Source: an uncultured delta proteobacterium
Lineage (GTDB): Bacteria; Desulfobacterota; Syntrophia; Syntrophales; UBA5619
Direction: 5' to 3'
Assembly: GCA_963817385.1 (NCBI GenBank)
Contig: CAWFOM010000012.1
Span: 32,001-96,000, forward strand
DNA: 64,000 nucleotides
In this document: positions 59,233 through 64,000 of the stretch, piece by piece
How positions within the stretch are numbered: position 1 is the first letter of the stretch
How the letters are laid out: each line of letters starts with the position of its first letter
Made by a program: the position numbers and the translations under genes
The notes under the pieces: model-generated
Database searches by the model: none
Seen by the model: only the letters and a program-made list of their open reading frames with translations
Told to the model about the DNA's origin: nothing

Positions 59233-59251
59233 AAGGATTTAGGATTTGCAT

Positions 59252-59400
59252 CCGCAGCTTGCTGCGGAGAGATAGGGCGAACGTTGGATGGTTCAAACGG
59301 TGGGAGGGTGTTGAGAAACACCCCCCACCGTTTCGGGGATCTTCCGCAGTCCGCGTACGGAGAGCTGCAAAGCACCGCAGCGGGCACCTGCTCGTTTTGT
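59252..59400. repeat. Intergenic palindromic repeat cluster
   Basis: CCGCAGCTTGCTGCGGAGAG (18/20 identical to 46207-46226) and hairpin AAACGGTGGGAGGGTGTT/AACACCCCCCACCGTTT. Confidence 0.55.
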
Positions 59401-60769
59401 TCAGAGAGAGCCGGCCCCTGCCCCCGCCGAAGGGCTGGCCGTAAACCCCAGGATTTTTTCGCACCACGCGGCCACGTCAAGGAGCCGTTCCTCGCCGTAG
59501 GGTTGCGCCGCCATCTGCATCGCAAAGGGGAGTCCGTTTGCGTCGAGGCCCGTCGGAATCGACATCGCCGGGAAGCCGGAGACGCTCCAGGGCTGGTTGA
59601 AGATGCTCGATCCGGTGGAGGAGAGCCCCCGGGGGGCCGTCGTCGCGGCGAGCGGCATGATCGCCGCATCCACATCGGCCATCTGCGCGCACATCTCCCG
59701 CTGGAAGAGGATCCGATAGTGTTGGTGTTCGACGTACTGGTGGCCGGAGATCGAGGCGCCCTTCTCCAGGCGGACCTTGAGCTTCGGCGGATAGTCGTCC
59801 CGGTTGGCCTCGAAGAGGCGGCGGTGATAGGCGTAGAGCTCCGTCTGTTTGATGATGCTCCAGCAGGCCCCGACGAAGGAAAAGGAGGGGGGGAAGCCGA
59901 GTTCCACGATCTCCGCTCCGGCGTGCAGGAGCTGCTCGCGGACGGAGGCGAGGTTCGCCAGGACCTCCGGGGAAGTCTCGGCCTCGAAAAACTCCCGGAT
60001 ATAACCGAGACGCGGCGGGGCGCCCGGAATCCGGGCGCGGGAGCGAAGCGGCGGCTCCGGCATCCGGGCGAACGGCCGGGGTTCTTTCTCGCGCATGCAG
60101 GGCCACAGGAGCGCGGCGTCGGCCGCCGAGCGGCAATGGAAGCCGACGTGGTCGATGCTCCAGGAGTTCGGGAGGACCCCTTCGGTGCTCACCTCGCCGT
60201 AGGTCCCCTTGAAGCCGACGATCCCGTTGTAGGCGGCGGGCCTGAGGAGCGATCCCCCCGTCTGCGTCCCCAGGGCGGCCGGGCACATCCGGTCGGCCAC
60301 GGCGGCCCCGGAGCCGCTGCTCGATCCTCCCGGCGTGTGCTCGGGGTTCCAGGGGTTCCGGGTGATCGTGGGGTCGTTGTTGGCGAAGGGGGTCGTCTCG
60401 GTCTTCCCCAGGAAGATCGCCCCGGCGTTCCGGAGGCGGGCGATGACCGGGGCGTCCTCGTCGGGGATGCGCGCCGGGTATACCGGCGTTCCGCAGCGGG
60501 TGTACTGCCCCCGGACGTCGATGATGTCCTTGACGCCGATGGGGATCCCGTGCAGCGGTCCCAGCCATCTGGCCCCGCTGAAACTCGCGGTCGCACCGGC
60601 GCGCCTCCGCGAGGGCCTCCTGTTCGTACACCTCGACCCAGGCGTGGATGGTCTCCTCGCGCGCGTGGATCCGCTCCAGGCACGATTCCATCAGTTTTTC
60701 CGCCGTCAGTTTGCCGGACTTCATCCGCTTCCCGGTTTCGGCGATGGTCAATTCTCTGGGTTCCGTCAT
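59401..60769 (-). CDS. Amidase signature family enzyme; frameshift near 60570
   Basis: LHGIPIGVKDIID, GKTET, TRNPWN..HTPGGSSSGS, ALGTQTGGSLLRPAAYNG, GFPAMSIP, GLPFAMQ. Confidence 0.9.
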
Positions 60770-60866
60770 ACTGTTTTTCTCCTGGGGGTGCTACCCTAAG
60801 CAGACAGGGCTCCGGCTGCCTAAAATTCAGCAGACGGAGCCCCGCAGAGCAATGAATGAAAAACGG

Positions 60867-62378
60867 TTAGCCGGGGTCGTCATCCTTGATGACCGCCCTC
60901 GCCCTTCTCACGGCCTTGGTTCCGACTGCGACGGACATGATCAGGCTGATCGCCAGGAGTGCCCCGGAGATCGGGCGCGTGACGAAGACCAACATGCTCC
61001 CGTGGGAGAGATTCAGGGCCTGATAGAGGGCCCTCTCCATCATCGGCCCCAGGAGGAGTGCCAGCAGCATCGGCGCCGGGGGAATATCCGACCTCTTCAT
61101 CAGATAACCGGCGACGCCGAAGATCAGCATCAGACCCACGTCGAACATGCCCGTGCTGACCGCATAGGCGCCGATGACGCAGATGATCAGGATAGCCGGG
61201 TAGATGAGGGCGTAGGAGATCCGCAGGAGCGAGGCGAAGAGGGGCACCAGCGGGAGGTTCATGATAATCAGGATGATGTTCCCGATGAACATGGAGGCCA
61301 TGACCGCCCAGACGAAATCGGCGTTCTCGACGAAGAGCATGGGACCGGGTTTGAGGCCATAAAGGATGAGCGCTCCCAGCATGACAGCCGTCGCCCCCGA
61401 TCCGGGGATCCCCAGGGCGAACATCGGGACCATCGCCCCGGAGGTCGCGGCGTTGTTGGAGGACTCGGGTCCCGCGATTCCCTCAAGGACACCCGTGCCG
61501 AATTTCTCGGGATGCTTGTGGACGCTCTTCTCGATCCCGTAGGTCACGAAGGAGGCGATCGTCGGTCCGGCGCCCGGGAGGACGCCGATGATGAAGCCGA
61601 TGAGGGTGCCCCGGAGGATGGCCCACTTGCATTGGAGGATCTCGCCGAGGGAAGGGAAGAGTTCACGGAACCTGACCTTGATCGGTTCCACCTTCATGAA
61701 CTCTTCGGCCGAGACGAGGACCTCGGCGATCCCGAAGGTCCCCATGACGAGGATGACGAAATCGATGCCGTCCAGGAGCTCGATCATCCCGAAGTAAATG
61801 AAGCGGTCCTTCCCCTCGACGATATCGGTCCCGACGCAGCCCAGACCGAGGCCGATGACGGCACTCATCAGGGATTTCGGGATCGATTTGCCGCCGACGA
61901 AGATGATCGTGAGCATTCCCATGATGATGAGGCTGAAGAATTCAGCCGGGCCGAACTGGAGGCTGAACTCGGCGAGCGGCACGGCGGCCGCGACCAGGCC
62001 GATCGTCCCCAGGATGCCGGCGATGAAGGAACCGATGGCGGAAAGGCCCAGGGCTGTCCCCGCCTTCCCCTGCATGGCAAGCTGGTGACCCTCGATCGCC
62101 GTGATGACCGAGGAGGATTCCCCGGGGACGTTGACCAGGATCGAGGTGGTGGAGCCGCCGTACATGGCCCCGTAGTAGACCGCGCACATCATGATCATGG
62201 CGGGCGTGGCATTCATGCCGAAGGTGATCGGCAGGAGGATGGCCATCGTTGCCGAGGGGCCGAGGCCGGGGAGGATCCCGACCATCGTTCCCAAAAAGCA
62301 GCCCAGGAGGGCCATCCAGAGATTGTAAGGGGTGAGGCAAGTGGCGAACCCGCCCATCAAACCGTTCAAGATATCCAT
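60867..62378 (-). CDS. tctA: Tripartite tricarboxylate transporter large permease
   Basis: GILPGLGP, YGGSTTSILVNVPG, GPESSNNA, LGIPGS. Confidence 0.96.
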   Translation of the reverse strand: MDILNGLMGGFATCLTPYNLWMALLGCFLGTMVGILPGLGPSATMAILLPITFGMNATPAMIMMCAVYYGAMYGGSTTSILVNVPGESSSVITAIEGHQLAMQGKAGTALGLSAIGSFIAGILGTIGLVAAAVPLAEFSLQFGPAEFFSLIIMGMLTIIFVGGKSIPKSLMSAVIGLGLGCVGTDIVEGKDRFIYFGMIELLDGIDFVILVMGTFGIAEVLVSAEEFMKVEPIKVRFRELFPSLGEILQCKWAILRGTLIGFIIGVLPGAGPTIASFVTYGIEKSVHKHPEKFGTGVLEGIAGPESSNNAATSGAMVPMFALGIPGSGATAVMLGALILYGLKPGPMLFVENADFVWAVMASMFIGNIILIIMNLPLVPLFASLLRISYALIYPAILIICVIGAYAVSTGMFDVGLMLIFGVAGYLMKRSDIPPAPMLLALLLGPMMERALYQALNLSHGSMLVFVTRPISGALLAISLIMSVAVGTKAVRRARAVIKDDDPG

Positions 62379-62399
62379 AGTATTGTCTTTCTCCTTTCG

Positions 62400-62862
62400 C
62401 TAGATTCCCAGGAAGCCTTTGGGGAAGCCCATCTCCAGGTATTTCTCGAAGACGAGCCACGTCACCAGTGGCGTAGGCGACGCCGTAGCCGATGCTCTTG
62501 ACGATACTGTATCGCTCCAGAGTCAGCAGGAGTGTCGCTACAAATAGGCACACCGTGATGGGAAATCCCAGGAAAGGCATGGCCATCTTGAGGATGAAAA
62601 GCATCAAAAAGATGAATCCGACACGGTAGAGGGCGTGCTTTGGGGGAAGGATCTTCATGTCGTCCTCTTTGCTCGGTTCACGCTTGAAGGTGTCATAGAG
62701 CAGGTAACAGGACAGGATAGCCAGGATGACCCCCACCCAGAAGGGCAGGAACCCCGGTCCGGGTGTGAACTCTGTCATATAATTGAACTTGCTTGATTCG
62801 AGGTAGCACCAGAGGCTGAGCGCCAGCCCGATCACCCCGAAGATGCGATCCGCTTTTTTCAT
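62400..62862 (-). CDS. tctB: Tripartite tricarboxylate transporter small permease; frameshift near 62460
   Basis: TPGPGFLP, LGFPIT; terminal FEKYLEMGFPKGFLGI* lies in another frame. Confidence 0.88.
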
Positions 62863-62901
62863 AACTTGTCCTCCTGAATGGGGGTCCCCCGGTTTTAAAC
62901 G

Positions 62902-63877
62902 CTATTTGTTCGCTTCTATGTACTTGAGGTCTTCGTCCAGCCCCTTGACGTAGTCCACAAGCCACTTCTTACTGTCCGCCCCGTTCAGGTAGAAGGGAAC
63001 GAGGTCGGCCTTCTTCTCGAACTCTGCAAATTCCTTCGTCTTCGAGAGTTTCAAGAAGGCATCCTGCCAGAAATTGTACGCCTCGGTCGGGAAGCCCGGG
63101 CCGCCGAAGAAGCCGCGGACCTGCGTGAAGGAAGCATTGACCCCCTGCTCGATCATGGTGGGGATGTCTTTGTAGTAGGGGAGACGGTGCGGGGCAACCG
63201 CCGCCAGGACCCTGGCGCGCTTCGCTTTGACGTGGCTTGCCGTCTCCGCGGTGTTTCCGAAGGCCATGCAGATGTGGCCGCCGATCAGTTGGGTCGGGCT
63301 GAACTCGAAGGCGGTGATGTTGAATTTCACCCCTGCCGCCCGCTCGATCCGTACTGCCTGGATGTGCTCAGAACCGCCGACGCTGTTGATCCCGACGCTC
63401 ACCTTCTTGGGATTCGCCTTGGCATCGGCGAGCAGGTCCTTGAAGGTCTTGTAGGGAGAGTTGTAGGGGACGATCAGGACGCTCGGGTCCTCGACGAGTG
63501 TCGTCAGCCAGACGCACTCATCGAGCTTCATCTGGGTCGTGCCGCGGAGCATCGCCATGAGCTGTGCGGTCGTCCAGTGCATCACGACGTAGGGGTCGCC
63601 CGCCTTTGATTTCAGATAGTTCAGGGCCACGGCGGACGAACCGCCCTGGCGGGTCTGGGTCTGGATCTTTGTCTTGACGATCCCGGTCTTGTTGAGGATG
63701 TCGCCACTGGTGAGGACGAACAGGCCGGCGGCGCCGCCGGGCGAGGAATGGTGCAGAAATTCAATAACCTTGTTTGGTTCAGGATAGGCGGCCTGGGCCG
63801 CGGGAGCGATCGCCAGGGTGAAGGCGAACAGTGATAAAAACGACAACGATGGAAGATAAGAAACGGCTCTTTTTCAT
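62902..63877 (-). CDS. tctC: Tripartite tricarboxylate transporter substrate-binding protein; frameshift in the signal-peptide T-run near 63840
   Basis: AYP...I......PGG, RQGGSS, DIPTM.EQG; ATG 63877 with GGAG RBS is one base out of frame with ORF 62902..63846. Confidence 0.88.
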
Positions 63878-64000
63878 GATAATCTCCTTTTTTCCATGTC
63901 AGGGGTGTCGTGAGCGACGACCCTTCGGTTAGTGGTTCTCAAGCCCTTGGTACAATATGGCTTTTCCCTCTTCACCTCCTTTCGAGCTCTTTTTCTGTTT

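Noticed and set aside
59284..62501. Long opposite-strand ORFs (e.g. 59284..60855, 60648..62501; likewise 30242..31624, 40138..41607, 49610..51094, 53904..55313)
   Set aside because: Antisense shadows of well-supported GC-rich genes; they have no motifs or RBS
1..64000. CRISPR array, tRNA, rRNA, prophage or retron/RT genes
   Set aside because: No regularly spaced repeats, cloverleaf/rRNA signatures, phage structural genes or RT motifs were seen by eye; tRNAscan/Infernal were not run

Overview
64 kb of a bacterial chromosome. Gene content and protein style suggest an anaerobic Deltaproteobacterium/Desulfobacterota (Syntrophales-like; this is inference). The left third is a catabolic region: a Zn-dehydrogenase + glycyl radical enzyme (GRE) + activase operon whose GRE has a non-canonical GCLH Cys loop, a Tat Fe-S/AOR pair, and an aldolase/racemase-fold/M24/CMD/DUF296/TctC cluster divergent from tctCBA-prpD-like genes. 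The middle holds a divergent metK behind a SAM-II-like riboswitch, a two-subunit UxaA/Suy-like lyase, csp, an acyl-CoA synthetase, a Tat-SOR/AmmeMemoRadiSam operon, and an AT-richer island with a 6TM hybrid kinase plus a PhcB-like methyltransferase (candidate quorum-sensing pair). The right part has a second AOR, housekeeping genes (murJ, yggT/U, proC, rne, Sua5/YciO, cimA), a relic integron (integrase stub, attI, three cassettes), an Ile-codon leader-peptide attenuator on cimA, a RAPP-motif ORF, an uncharacterised Fe-S gene pair and an amidase-tctABC operon. About ten single-base frameshifts, one of them in rne, look like assembly indels. No rRNA, tRNA or CRISPR array was seen. All family calls come from manual motif recognition, with no database searches.
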